A stretch of 64,000 nucleotides of DNA from a virus (Duplodnaviria; Caudoviricetes): positions 574 through 64,573 of IMG/VR virus record IMGVR_UViG_3300022933_000006. One strand, 5' to 3'. Below the pieces are notes generated by a model. The model was not told the DNA's origin and made no database searches. It worked only from the letters and a program-made list of their open reading frames with translations. Position 1 is the first letter of the stretch. Each line of letters opens with the position of its first letter. Below are positions 39,468-51,208 of the stretch, piece after piece. A program made the translations under genes and the position numbers.

Positions 39468-39660
39468 AATTGGTTCTATAAACTCTTGACTTGTTTCTAA
39501 CTAATCCGTGGCAGCATTTACACCTTAACCTACCAAAATTTTTTCTTTCTTTATATAGTTTAGATGAAGGAATAAATCTAGAGCATTTTTGACAGTAGTG
39601 ATTTTTTTCGTTTATTTTATGTTCAAATATATGGCATATACCATTACACACGAATATCAT
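39436..39660 (-). CDS. CxGxC-type zinc-finger protein (thaumarchaeal-like family)
   Basis: CNGIC...CQKC...CKCC..LVR. Confidence 0.6.
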   Translation of the reverse strand: MIFVCNGICHIFEHKINEKNHYCQKCSRFIPSSKLYKERKNFGRLRCKCCHGLVRNKSRVYRTNFMPSIRQPSS

Positions 39661-39957
39661 TTATTGTTATGATATTTATATGTTATCTTTTAATTTTTTA
39701 GGTTTTTTTAATTCTTCGTCGATTTTTTGCTGGCAATCGTCGCAAACCTCCAAGTCCTCGAATTCGTGGGTTTTGGTGTCGTTTGCACATATGTTACAAA
39801 TCATTTTTGATCCACCATTAATTTTTCTAATGCTCTAAGATAATGCATTAATACACCTTTCTTGTGTCTTTCTTCAAGTTCTTTATCAGTTTCAAGATTA
39901 ATATTTATGAATAAAATAGACTCAAGTTTCTTAACACGTTTGATTACTTTCACTTTA

Positions 39958-41685
39958 TCATACAAATGAACTCATTACCATTCTTTTGAACTGCTTTATA
40001 ACCTTTTCTGATGCATCATTCATAGTATCAACTTGCATAATATTCTTGGATTTAAACAATCTTCTTACAGGATTATATCTGTATGATGAACGACTAGATA
40101 CTACTATACAGTTTAGATTGTTAGTTACCTTTCTTGTCTTAAGCATTGACTTTGTACATGTCTTCATATAATTAGGGAATGACATATGATAACCACCAAC
40201 ATAATAGTTGGGCATACCGTCAGTTATCATAATCATCATCTTCTTGCTGCCTTTCATCTTCTTTAGCATTTGAGCAGAATATTCTAATCCCATATGTGTA
40301 GGTGTGACACTATACATATTATGACATGATATTTGATCCAAGTCACCTTTACTGTTAATTTCTGTCATACCTATAATACCTTTACCGTCAGAACCCCATA
40401 CATTGGCACGAATCTCAACATTGTCTACACCTTTAAGTGATTCATATAGTGTTGCAACAAGGTTACGAGCAGTATTCATTCTGTCTCCACGCATTGAACT
40501 AGATCCATCTATGGATATGACCAATGCAATACCGTTAGTAATCTTCTTATTCACTCTACAATTATTCAAGTTATTACCACGAATTAGATTTTCAACATAA
40601 GTATCAACGTCTACTTCCTCACCCTCACTATCTATAAAGTCCTTCTTTTGCATTTTCATTGTCTTGAATATCTTAGACAATCCCTTGGCAATTTTCATGT
40701 TAGGTCTTACTTTACTAGATTCTCTTTTAATCAATTTTACACGTTTAGGTAGTGCTTGTTGAGGAACTTCACCTCTTAACGATTCAAATATATCATTGAC
40801 AACTCCTTCACCCTCTTGCTTACCTTTGTCCACAATTTCTTCTTTAGATTTCTTAGTTTCTTCATCTGGGTTTAACAATTCTTCAGGAACTTCTAGGTCG
40901 GGTTCACCACTAGATTCGAGGTTGTTTTCCTGAAAGTCCGTGTTTTCCCGACTCATTTCACTTCTTTGTTCCATTCTTTTATCTCTACCTTTTTCTCTAT
41001 CTAATGTGTCAGGTTCAGCAATTAAATCATCAATACTTGGATCTAATATTTCCTTTCTGTCACTAAGATACTTGTCCAAGTATGGTTTTAATGTAACCAT
41101 TACTCTCAATGCACCAAATCTATCAGTAAGTAATACGTCTTCTAATGCCTTTGCATATACATCATAATCTTTAGTATCACTAACAATATCATTACCACGC
41201 TGGAATCTTATTGTCAACAATATGTCTATTGGATTCTGATTTCTTAAATCATCACCCATTAACTTACCAAGTTTCTTGGTTGTTTTGTCAAATCTACTTG
41301 CATGTTTAAGATACATCTTACCCATCTGTGACTCTATGCGTTGGTCTTCCAGTACGTTAAACACATTAAAGAAGAACTTGTAATCCTCATTTTCAAGACC
41401 CCAATTATCTTTGAATAGTTTCTTAGTTGCATTAAACGGAGATTGAAACAACACATGAGCAAGTTCGTGTATTATACCTACAAATTTTTCAATACCTTTG
41501 ACGTTAGGTTTTGCAGAAAATATTCTAAATATATTTTTATTATCCTTTAACCCATGATACTGAACCATATTAGTATTACCAGCATGTATTATCGATATCT
41601 TTGCATTTCTGACAACCTCTACAACATTGGCATATTTTTCATACATGTCATTGTTACTGAGCAAGTCGGTATTACGTTTGGTCAT
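39958..41685 (-). CDS. vWA-domain protein with N-terminal HExxH (CobT/MoxR-partner-like)
   Basis: HELAH, NVLEDQRIE, acidic linker, MIDAS DGSSSM, TP, ITDGMPN. Confidence 0.85.
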   Translation of the reverse strand: MTKRNTDLLSNNDMYEKYANVVEVVRNAKISIIHAGNTNMVQYHGLKDNKNIFRIFSAKPNVKGIEKFVGIIHELAHVLFQSPFNATKKLFKDNWGLENEDYKFFFNVFNVLEDQRIESQMGKMYLKHASRFDKTTKKLGKLMGDDLRNQNPIDILLTIRFQRGNDIVSDTKDYDVYAKALEDVLLTDRFGALRVMVTLKPYLDKYLSDRKEILDPSIDDLIAEPDTLDREKGRDKRMEQRSEMSRENTDFQENNLESSGEPDLEVPEELLNPDEETKKSKEEIVDKGKQEGEGVVNDIFESLRGEVPQQALPKRVKLIKRESSKVRPNMKIAKGLSKIFKTMKMQKKDFIDSEGEEVDVDTYVENLIRGNNLNNCRVNKKITNGIALVISIDGSSSMRGDRMNTARNLVATLYESLKGVDNVEIRANVWGSDGKGIIGMTEINSKGDLDQISCHNMYSVTPTHMGLEYSAQMLKKMKGSKKMMIMITDGMPNYYVGGYHMSFPNYMKTCTKSMLKTRKVTNNLNCIVVSSRSSYRYNPVRRLFKSKNIMQVDTMNDASEKVIKQFKRMVMSSFV

Positions 41686-41879
41686 GCTTCTATCCTCTTT
41701 AACTCTAATTTAACCTTTGATCTCTTACTTGATCTCAATATAACACTACAACAAGGACATCGATTACCAACTTCCTTTAAATACCATGTACTGCATAGAT
41801 TACATCTTTTACAAAATTCATAAGTAGATTGTTTATAGGGAATCTTAGTCCTATGACATATACCTTTACATTTATTCAT
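41682..41879 (-). CDS. CxGxC-type zinc-finger protein (thaumarchaeal-like family)
   Basis: CKGIC...KRCNLC...RCPCC..LR. Confidence 0.65.
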   Translation of the reverse strand: MNKCKGICHRTKIPYKQSTYEFCKRCNLCSTWYLKEVGNRCPCCSVILRSSKRSKVKLELKRIEA

Positions 41880-42090
41880 ATCTGGGCTTCTCCAATTTTA
41901 CCAAGCTTCTTGTTCTTGCTGTCATTCTTGTCTTGCCATTGCAACAGAAACATCTGTAATTATTGGTATCTTTTACCAAGAACATCTTTTGACATGTTCT
42001 GCAAAACGTAATCAGTCCTGACGGATATGAGTGAGCCAAATGTGTAACATCTTTGTAGTCATTACAAAGGTCTTTACATTTACAGGGCAT
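41872..42090 (-). CDS. CxGxC-type zinc-finger paralogue
   Basis: CKDLC...CRTC...RCFCC..TR. Confidence 0.6.
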   Translation of the reverse strand: MPCKCKDLCNDYKDVTHLAHSYPSGLITFCRTCQKMFLVKDTNNYRCFCCNGKTRMTARTRSLVKLEKPRYE

Positions 42091-42733
42091 TACTGCTTAC
42101 CCATTTCTCCTTAATTTCGGGATTAAATATGTTTGAACATATCATGGTTCTTGCCTTCTTACCAAATATTACCTTACCTTCACTTTCAACTATCATAATA
42201 CCATACTTACTTTTTCTTAGAATATTCTTAGTCTCATGTTCATCTGCACTACTTAGTATAAACCAATCTCCTTTCATTGTTTCTACACGTTTCAATAATT
42301 CATCATAATACTCGAATGTTTTTCTGTCACAAATTGATTTGTTATTATGTTTGTATGTAGTATATCTCCAAGGTGGATCAATTAAGAAGAATGTCTTATC
42401 TGAATCATATTTGTCAATGGTTTCCATAAAGTCCATATTCTCTACTATTGCATCAGGATATGTGTCGATACAATAATCATTAGAAAATTGGGATTTATCA
42501 TTTAATACCATTGGTAAATCTACATATTTAGCAGTTCTAGCAAGACCAGCAAATGGTTCAACATATAAGTTATAGTTAGGATTGTTGGGAGTAGATAACG
42601 GGGATAAAGCCATAATTCTTTCTGCTGTCCATTTAACACCAGCATATCCACCGAGTAATTTCTTACCCCATACACTAGTTCTTTTATCCGACAACTTACC
42701 ACTACCGAATTGATTACTCCATTTATCAGTCAA
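42080..42733 (-). CDS. DNA adenine methyltransferase (Dam/D12-like, compact)
   Basis: GYAGVK, motif I YVEPFAG, LND, catalytic FLIDPPW. Confidence 0.85.
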   Translation of the reverse strand: MTDKWSNQFGSGKLSDKRTSVWGKKLLGGYAGVKWTAERIMALSPLSTPNNPNYNLYVEPFAGLARTAKYVDLPMVLNDKSQFSNDYCIDTYPDAIVENMDFMETIDKYDSDKTFFLIDPPWRYTTYKHNNKSICDRKTFEYYDELLKRVETMKGDWFILSSADEHETKNILRKSKYGIMIVESEGKVIFGKKARTMICSNIFNPEIKEKWVSSNAL

Positions 42734-43305
42734 TCTCTATCATACCTCTCATCAGGTTCAGATGCATCTCTCATCATGTCTTGTATATCATCCATTAGAT
42801 TTTCCCATACATATTCAAGAATGTTGTCTTGATCCATTTTTTCCAATATTTTCAAATCATCATCATAATCAGTCAATTCAATACTTCCTCGTATTTGATA
42901 GTCTTACTGTCATAAAAACCTATGTAATGACAGTCCTTGCATTGTTGTTTTAACCAGCAATGTCTTCCTGTACAACCCGTAGATTTGTATGTCTTTAAAC
43001 AAGTCTTGCATCTCAATTCAATCTTTTCTCAATTATAGTATATATTTGTTTACATATAGGACATTGAACATTATTTTCTGTTCCTCTTTTCTTTATCCAT
43101 TTCATATGCTTCTCACAATTAGGACATAAGTCTAACATATTCTATCCCTCATAATCCCATATATGAAACAAATGGAAACATAAAAAGTGCCATTGTTTAA
43201 ATGTTCCACCGTCATATATTGCCATTCTTTGATCTCCGTGTTTCCAACGTCTTAGAGTTATTTCTAACTGCCATTCGTTGAATTCTTTATTAGATATATT
43301 CCAAA

Positions 43306-43611
43306 TCATTTCTTACTACTCCTCTTTCTTTTTAAATTATAATTTCTCATGTATATCCTTCTTTCCTCTCTCTTTACAGGATCTTTGAAATAATCTATTG
43401 CATAACTAAGTGCCTTGTCCTTATTATCTTTGTAATATTGTCTTCCGTAAGCTAGTTTCTTCTCTCTGTTTTTGTAATAAGATTTCAAATCACTTTTTCT
43501 TTGTGCAATAAGCAAACATTTGGAACAGTATTCTTTTGGTCTTCCCCTATACCATTCCAAAGGCTTGTTGCATATCTTACACTTGATATTGTATTTGCTG
43601 GATCTAGGCAT
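43306..43611 (-). CDS. Zinc finger plus basic helical repeat protein
   Basis: CKIC...YCSKC, then YYKxN repeats. Confidence 0.55.
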   Translation of the reverse strand: MPRSSKYNIKCKICNKPLEWYRGRPKEYCSKCLLIAQRKSDLKSYYKNREKKLAYGRQYYKDNKDKALSYAIDYFKDPVKREERRIYMRNYNLKRKRSSKK

Positions 43612-44256
43612 TTAATAATGCATCTCCTTCCATACTTTGATCATTTCATCAACTTGTTCGTCACTTGCAACTTTTCCTTTCTTAGTATGATAAGAGTGTC
43701 CTGCCATAACTAATTCAGCAATAGCACTATGTTGTTCGTTTTCATAAATGGTATCGGTTCTTCCATCTCTTTTGCCATCAACATACTTTGCAACATAGTC
43801 GTTTACTGGTGGCATACTGTTTGCAATTTCGTTGAATTTTGTCCACTCAACGTTTCTCCATTTTTTTGCCCATTGCCAATATGCATGACCTATTATCTCA
43901 TGGTAAATTATTTCATCAGCATCATCAACGTCTATGTTTGCATGATCTACAAATTCAAACCATTGCTTAATGCTATTCCAACTACCTGCTCTATTGATAG
44001 TCTTTGCATACTTTATCGTTATTCCCTTGATATGTTTCATAATTTTTCTAATGTCTTTGTCAGTATTTATTCTCATGATAATTCTATCAACAACTTCTTG
44101 TTTTGGTGCTGGTATTCCATCTCTACTCCAACCACCAGAAGTTTCCTTTCCGATATAGACATAAGTATTCTTGTAGACTTTAATTCCATGACTTCCTTTT
44201 TTTGCACGTTTTGATCTGTTCACTTTTCTTTTTGATTTCCTTAATATCTGACTCAT
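43612..44256 (-). CDS. Putative zinc metallopeptidase
   Basis: YHEIIGHAYW...ENEQHSAIAE; basic N-terminus. Confidence 0.5.
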   Translation of the reverse strand: MSQILRKSKRKVNRSKRAKKGSHGIKVYKNTYVYIGKETSGGWSRDGIPAPKQEVVDRIIMRINTDKDIRKIMKHIKGITIKYAKTINRAGSWNSIKQWFEFVDHANIDVDDADEIIYHEIIGHAYWQWAKKWRNVEWTKFNEIANSMPPVNDYVAKYVDGKRDGRTDTIYENEQHSAIAELVMAGHSYHTKKGKVASDEQVDEMIKVWKEMHY

Positions 44257-44258
44257 GA

Positions 44259-45182
44259 TTATAAACTCACATTAAACGTGTCATTAATTCTTAATCGAAT
44301 CAATTCACGTTCACTAGGCTCACTAAATTTTATCATGATAACCTCGCTAAGAGCAGTTTCCAATGGTCTAGGAATCTTATCCTGTATGCTTCTAAAGTGG
44401 TGGGTAAACTGTACAATATCCCTAATAGATAGAGCATAGTCAACGTCACCTTTCAACTTAAGGGCATAAATGTCCTGTGCAAGAGTCAAAAGTGGGTTCT
44501 TAATTGCATCTTCACCTATATCTGTCCAATCAACTACCTTCTGAATGTCCTCATTCTTTGGATAATCCCATGCACTACCGATAAATCTGCTTCTTAATGC
44601 TTCTGCCATACTGTTCACACCTACATAAGTGACTGGATTGATAGTCCAAATGATAGACAACTTGCAACCCTTCTTGAGTTTGTACTGCTTACCGTTTGCA
44701 ACTACGCTACGTCTTCCGTCACATATAGAGTGCCACCATTGTTGAATCTCATGTTCCTGACTGTTACCCTCATCACCATAAAGACAAGCGTGTCCAAAGT
44801 GATTTGCAACCTCTATTGCCTTAGGCAATAAACCAAGACTAAAGAAAGTACCATCTCTGTTGATCTCCTTACTGCCAATCAAATCAGATTTCTTAGTACC
44901 TACACCGATAGGCTCGTTAATCAAGGCAACACCGTTCTCCTTACATATAGTATGTGTCAATAGTGTCTTACCCTGACCTTTCTCACTCTCAATAAGATAC
45001 GGAAGTTTTCCTTCCATGATAGCCATAGTCAATCTGGTCTTCTCATCACCTATAGCTATGTACTCATCCCATACGTCAATGTTTGACGGATCGTACTGAG
45101 CAAAGTCAATAGGCAGTACAGGTATTCCTGTGTTCATGATTGTTTCAGGTTGTTCTGTTATATAATTCATTTCGTCAGTCAT
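44259..45182 (-). CDS. MoxR/CbbQ/CobS-like AAA+ ATPase
   Basis: Walker A (ESE)KGQGKT, DLIG, Walker B LYGDEGN, TINP..Y.G...EALRSRF, SIRD. Confidence 0.85.
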   Translation of the reverse strand: MTDEMNYITEQPETIMNTGIPVLPIDFAQYDPSNIDVWDEYIAIGDEKTRLTMAIMEGKLPYLIESEKGQGKTLLTHTICKENGVALINEPIGVGTKKSDLIGSKEINRDGTFFSLGLLPKAIEVANHFGHACLYGDEGNSQEHEIQQWWHSICDGRRSVVANGKQYKLKKGCKLSIIWTINPVTYVGVNSMAEALRSRFIGSAWDYPKNEDIQKVVDWTDIGEDAIKNPLLTLAQDIYALKLKGDVDYALSIRDIVQFTHHFRSIQDKIPRPLETALSEVIMIKFSEPSERELIRLRINDTFNVSL

Positions 45183-45595
45183 TGTTTAATTTCTCCAATA
45201 AAAGCTTCAATTTCATCACAACAATCTGGACAAACTGTAAAACTAGCATTATGTTCAAAATCAAACTTATCTGCCAAACTACATTTCCAAGAAAATGCTT
45301 CATATCTTCTCTCATCTATTTGAATGTGGCATCTGTCACATGATCTATGTGGTTGACTTTTGTAAGGGAATGTTTCTACCATTCGTATTTCAGGCATACA
45401 TTCACCTTCTTCAGTTCTAGTTCCACCTGCTGTCCAAACAAAAGACCTTCCTTCCCAATGACCATCGTCATTTGGATCTCTCATTTTTTCCACAATTTCT
45501 TCCATAGATAAACAACTGTCAGGATGGTTATAATCTATTTCTATGTTATCCTCATCAGGTGATATTCCTTTTATCTGTTCCATTGATTTTTCCAT
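45179..45595 (-). CDS. Acidic zinc-binding hypothetical protein
   Basis: CDRC...CPDC. Confidence 0.5.
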   Translation of the reverse strand: MEKSMEQIKGISPDEDNIEIDYNHPDSCLSMEEIVEKMRDPNDDGHWEGRSFVWTAGGTRTEEGECMPEIRMVETFPYKSQPHRSCDRCHIQIDERRYEAFSWKCSLADKFDFEHNASFTVCPDCCDEIEAFIGEIKQ

Positions 45596-45767
45596 TATTT
45601 CAAATCCTCCCTTTTATTTACCCAATCCCCAAGAGTAGGTTCTAAACGATATCTCCTTTTAGCTTTTCTGATCAAGTTTTCAATTACTGTATGAAATTCA
45701 TCTTGAAATATATTATCTGCACAATATGTTAATTGATCAATAGTATTTTCCAATTCCTCTTTTTCAG

Positions 45768-46451
45768 TCATTTCAATCCTTCCAATAGTTTTTTGGCTAA
45801 ATCTCCAGTTGTCAAACCTGTAACTCTTATTCCTTCAATAATCATGTCATCTTTATATGCTTTTTTCAAGAAAATCGTCACGTCATCTTTTACAAGTATA
45901 TAACTTTTTTCTGTGAAAATCGTTGCTCTTGTTCCTGCTTCATTATATCTATTGTAAGATCTACCATCTCTTTCAGATGCAATATATTTACTTATTTTAT
46001 TCCATTCAATGGTATTTTTTGCAACTGCTTCTTCATATTCTTTATCTGCTTTTATTTGTCGTTGATTATCTCTTTCTTCATGTCTTGCTTTTTCTTCTCT
46101 TTCTTTAATCTTTTTTCTGATTATTGATCTTGCTTTACTACATACTTCCCAATCACCAAGATCTACTCTTGAATTCCATGAATGTACTTTCCATCTAATT
46201 TTTGATCCATTTACTACTATCCATTCATGTCCACATGATGAATATTCACCACGAAGTACTTGATAAGTTTTTGTCCAACTTACTCTTATTGGAAAATCTA
46301 TATTTGGAAAATCACTTTCTAAATTATTTTTAACATAATCAATCAGTGAGTTTCTTTCATTTTCCATCTTTATTTTGAAATGTGAACTATTACACCAGCT
46401 ACGGTATTCACCTTTCACAACATTTTGACATCCTTTAATAGAACAAGTCAT
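45768..46451 (-). CDS. Hypothetical protein with N-terminal zinc finger
   Basis: CSIKGC...WCNSSH; GAGGAG SD-like motif upstream. Confidence 0.55.
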   Translation of the reverse strand: MTCSIKGCQNVVKGEYRSWCNSSHFKIKMENERNSLIDYVKNNLESDFPNIDFPIRVSWTKTYQVLRGEYSSCGHEWIVVNGSKIRWKVHSWNSRVDLGDWEVCSKARSIIRKKIKEREEKARHEERDNQRQIKADKEYEEAVAKNTIEWNKISKYIASERDGRSYNRYNEAGTRATIFTEKSYILVKDDVTIFLKKAYKDDMIIEGIRVTGLTTGDLAKKLLEGLK

Positions 46452-46578
46452 TATATAAAATCCTCCTCATGACCATCCTCGCAGTCACATGACATATTAT
46501 GACTAATGCACCAACAATGTAAGCATTGATTAGATTCATCATAATAATCAAAATCTAACTCGCACGTTTTACACTTCA

Positions 46579-49500
46579 TTATTCCTTATCCTCCATTCTA
46601 TGCAATTCAATCCACCATGTATCGAATTCATTATTATTCTGTACAAAATGTTTATTGCCATTAATCGTGATAGTCAACAAATCAAAATCAAATTTAATTA
46701 CAGCTTTTGATAAATCAGATTTGGTAATTGATGTTATACCATTTACAACGATATCTTTACCGTAAACATCATTGCCCATATTTTTAAATTCAATCCTATT
46801 ACTCATTATTTCAATCCCTCCAATGTATCTTCATCATACGTTTTCATCTTGCTTGGATCTAACTGTTTTTCTCCAGATTTTTCCATCTCTTGAAAACCGT
46901 CTTGTAACAATGCTAGTAACACAAATTTCAATGTGCCTATAACCTGTCCGTTGTTGTATTGTTTGTTAGGAATAGACTTTAGTATAGTCATAGCCAATTC
47001 AGGATCAATATACTCTAATTCAGGAATTCTTGACATTTCTTCTCTAGCCTTGTCAAAGAATTTTTTATTTCTAGGCATTGATTAAAGACTCCTCATCTTC
47101 AATATCTTCAAGTACTGAATAATATTGCTTAGATTCTGGATGAATAATTAGATCAACATCAAATTCTTCATGACATTTTGCACATGGAACTCTAACAGCC
47201 CATCCATCTCCATTACTTTGAAGTTCTGTTTCCTCTACAAATGGAGTATTTGCCTGTCCATATTTCAAGTATTGTGTAAGATCATCAAAAGATATGATAT
47301 GTTTACAGTCAGTCATTATTTCCATCTCCCATAGTCAGGCAAAGGATCTAACGGTAGTTCTTCGTTGCTTCCCCATATACAATAGTTGCTTCTACTACAA
47401 GCCTTGCATATATGGTCGGTAAATATCTCACCAGAACCAACAACCAAGCCTTTATGCTTGTTGTCTTTTTCTTCTTCACATAGATAGCAGATGAATTTCT
47501 TGCTAGAACTAGGTTTCAATATAGTCATGCTTTTTCTCCTTTAATCACACATGTAGAACACGGATTTATGTTATGAATTACTATAGAATTTATATTATAT
47601 TCACACGTTTCACATACTTCCCAACAATATAAACCGTTTTCAGTGCTATACAATGCTAAATGTTCTTTCAAATATTCTTTTTTGCATTTATCGCATTCAA
47701 ACCATAAAGATTCGTGAATAGCATTATAAATCTTGTCAACTTCCTTTTTAGTTGTTAACATTTTTTTATACCTTATTTTTTATTTTTTATCTATTGATTC
47801 ACCTTGTCTCCCATAGTATATGAATTGTTTTTTACACCTTTCACCATAATACTTAGCCATAAATTGCACATATAACCGTATGCACAATAGGCTAAGCCTA
47901 AAAATTCTGTCATTATACGAAAACCTCCTCTAAAACTTCACTATCAAATATTGGTATATCATATTGAAAGTAATTATACCATTCTTTAGGTTCATCCTCG
48001 AAATCCCACATGAAAATAGTTTTTAATTTAAAGAAATTTTCTTGAACCATAAATTCTAAACGACCATTTATTTTACCAATGAATTGTTTATATCCATCTT
48101 GTGTGTATTCATGGTATGAATCCCAAAGACATTTCCTTGCACAATTCTCAGGGATTTCATCTATAAATACTCTAACTGATTTTGGTATCATTCTTCTAAC
48201 ATCTCCATGTGCTTACACTTGCCACCAATATCCTTTTTTCTATACTTATAGTCGTTACAAGTACAGGAATCTTTCGATACTTGGTATGTTCCTGTCTTGC
48301 CTTTGATAGTAACGAACTCAGTCATTGTAATGAAATCTCCAAGGTTCTTCTATTGAATCGTGAATCATTTTGTGCAATTTATCTGCCAACTCATCATGAT
48401 TCAAATACATTTGACGATCATGTGTATGTTGATTTCTCAATACATCAATTATTCTTTCCATATCATCTATACTAAGACTTGTTAGTTTTTCAGTCATTAT
48501 AATAAGTCCTCATTCCTTTTTATTCTCATTTTATATTCTTTCATTTTGATTCCCCACAGTCTTTACAATATGATCTTCCTTTATCATAAGCTTCCCAATC
48601 CATATCTGCATCAATGAATAATCCACCACATTCTGCACAAAGATTCAACCCATCAGGCTGACATTTTTTACATAAGAAATCAGGGTATTCATCAGCTATT
48701 GGATCGTCACGTTTACCCAAATATTCTATTCTACATCTTATACACATTACATCACAATTATCAGTATACATTATATTCTACTCCTTCTTGCTTCTTTATG
48801 AAACAGGAATGTTTCCATTACAACATCGTCTAATGCATATTTATAAGGTTGTGCATTTGTTATACTAATGTCTTTCTTTGACATATACTCATCATAAGTG
48901 TACTCAACTTGACCATAAGTGTATGTTGAACCATTTGGATTAGTTACAACTTTTACAGGTATTAGTTCAAACATTTTTTCTAGTTTATGTACTCTTTCGT
49001 TTAACATATCAATCTCACCTTGAAGTTGAAACATGGATTCCATTGTTTCTGTATCAGTCATATCTAGGAACTCCCTGTGTTGTATTTCTGTGTTGAACTT
49101 TTGCTTTAATGTGCCAAGTATCATGTCTTGATATTCTTTCATTAAACAATGAATCTTCACTATCAAATGTCATATCACACAATGAACAATGTAACATAGT
49201 CATCCTACTAGACACATCCCACACCAATACCATGAATTATAATATGGAGTTGTTGTTTTATCTTTGCCACATTCACCACATAGATCTACTTCTTTTTTCT
49301 CAGTTATAAGGAATTTTGACATATTACGACAGTCAGCACATTCACCTCTTGTACTATAAATAGCATTTTCAAGTGATCTGCTTAACAAATACTCGGCATT
49401 TTCATGTGGGTGTGTCTCTCTAAATATTTTTTTTCCTTCTTCTATCATTTCACATTTTTGACAAAAGGGATTTTCATCAGTCCAACTTTCAATAGTCATG

Positions 49501-49980
49501 TTACATCTTTCACATGGGTATATACATGGGCTAGTCATTGTTTCTTCTCCATTACTAATTGTTTCAACAGTATTTTTATTTCTTTTAATTCATGACGTAT
49601 CTGTGTAACATTGTCATAATACTGTCTTTCATATCCTGTAACCATTGTTATAGATCTCCTACCTCAAAGTCAACATCTCTATTGGAGAACTCTCCTCTAC
49701 CTGTAGCTCCACAGTTAAGACATGTTCCCTCAATCATACAACCATCTCCACACATATTATCTTCTGCTGTTTCATAATCCCATATTACATCATGAAAATC
49801 ATCTCTACAACATACACACTCAACATCAGTTATTTTTTTATTTTTCCAATTAGTTGATTGAAATTCTTTTCTTGTAATATATGTACTTGCGTGTTCTGTA
49901 AATTCTCTATCACATTTACAACAGTTTATTGTTATGAATGTTTCACTAAGCATTTTACCGTCTACCTCATAAGTACTCAT
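46579..49980 (-). CDS. Array of small, mostly Cys-rich hypothetical early ORFs (46579, 46806, 47071, 47316, 47525, 47913, 48541, 48771, 49200, 49648 and shorter ones)
   Basis: Head-to-tail, often overlapping minus-strand ORFs with CxxC pairs and GGAG/GAGG motifs before starts. Confidence 0.6.
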
Positions 49981-50237
49981 TGTGCTTCTAACCTCGATTT
50001 GATAGATGAGCCACCTTCATTTTTATTTTCTTTCATATCATAGAACTTTCTACTGTCACCGTCATTATATTGAATGAAAGGGGAGTATTCTCCACTATGT
50101 ATCTTTTTGTGGCAATCATAATGAACATATGCTATTTTTTCAGGAAAATAACATACATGGTGTCTAATGAGTTTACCATCTAGTGGAGAACCAAAACAAA
50201 CGATACAGGTATCACTTTTATTAAGAAATTCAGTCAT
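49977..50237 (-). CDS. HNH-like protein
   Basis: CIVC...RHHVCY...VHYDCHKKIH. Confidence 0.55.
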   Translation of the reverse strand: MTEFLNKSDTCIVCFGSPLDGKLIRHHVCYFPEKIAYVHYDCHKKIHSGEYSPFIQYNDGDSRKFYDMKENKNEGGSSIKSRLEAQ

Positions 50238-51208
50238 ACCCTAATCACCTCATAATCATTTGTCATTGTTATTTCACCATTCATATCAACATCTTCAGGT
50301 TCTTCATTCATGTATTCCATGACCATAGTGTTAGATATTCTACCTTCAAAATCAACTTCAGGCTCTACTGATTTATGATTAACTTGTATTGGTTTGTTAG
50401 CCATTTTATCTAGGTATTTCTGAATGATACCCATAGATACCTCTACTGCTTTACAGTATATTTTAGAATCTATGAATATTGGCAATATTCGTATTTCCAA
50501 TGTTCCATGTTTGTGATATTGGTAGTTTAGTGCAGAATATCTACAATTAGGATAGTTATCATTTCTAATGTATAACTGCTGTTCTCCCCTGTAATCAATA
50601 TTGCACATATTGTTTTCATCTGCCAATCTATCCCAAAAGTTTTGATTTCTTATGTTGGCTTTTTTACCCCATCTTGTCAATTCTTGTATAAAGTGATTAA
50701 AGAACTCTCTAGTACATAACAATTCAAATGCCTGAATGTTATCAAATGATACATGGAAATGACCACCACATGAACTATTCATATCTTCAGGATAATATCT
50801 ATGAACCCAATTTCTCCATGTGCCATCAATAGGCATTGGGTATGATATTATTTCACCTGAATGTCCTGATTCCTGATTATAACAATGATCTCCTTCGTCA
50901 TTACAACAGTAATCACAGTCGCCACATTGTTCACCACCATATTCTAATCCTTCTACTGATGAATCGTCATGCCACATATAAGAACTATATAACCAATTAC
51001 GGTGATCATGCTCATTATCAGGCATTTCATTCCAACCACCCTCTAATTCAACGCCAATTTTTACTATTTTGCATTGAGGTGTCATTAAAACATGGGTATT
51101 TTGACAGTTTTCACAACAGAAACAGAATCTATCATTATCAAATGTCATATCCATGTAACAACTAGAACAGTTGTATGTATCTGACATATTATAGTGGCTC
51201 CTTGTCAT
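50234..51208 (-). CDS. Putative amidoligase (COOH-NH2 ligase, Amidoligase_2-like)
   Basis: IGVELEG, HDDSSV, GEIIS, SCGGHFHVS, RYSALN, TLEIRI. Confidence 0.85.
   Translation of the reverse strand: MTRSHYNMSDTYNCSSCYMDMTFDNDRFCFCCENCQNTHVLMTPQCKIVKIGVELEGGWNEMPDNEHDHRNWLYSSYMWHDDSSVEGLEYGGEQCGDCDYCCNDEGDHCYNQESGHSGEIISYPMPIDGTWRNWVHRYYPEDMNSSCGGHFHVSFDNIQAFELLCTREFFNHFIQELTRWGKKANIRNQNFWDRLADENNMCNIDYRGEQQLYIRNDNYPNCRYSALNYQYHKHGTLEIRILPIFIDSKIYCKAVEVSMGIIQKYLDKMANKPIQVNHKSVEPEVDFEGRISNTMVMEYMNEEPEDVDMNGEITMTNDYEVIRV

Noticed and set aside
44259-45182. cobS auxiliary metabolic gene for cobalamin synthesis
   Set aside because: Motifs show only a MoxR-type AAA+ with a vWA partner; no cobN or other cobalamin genes are present.
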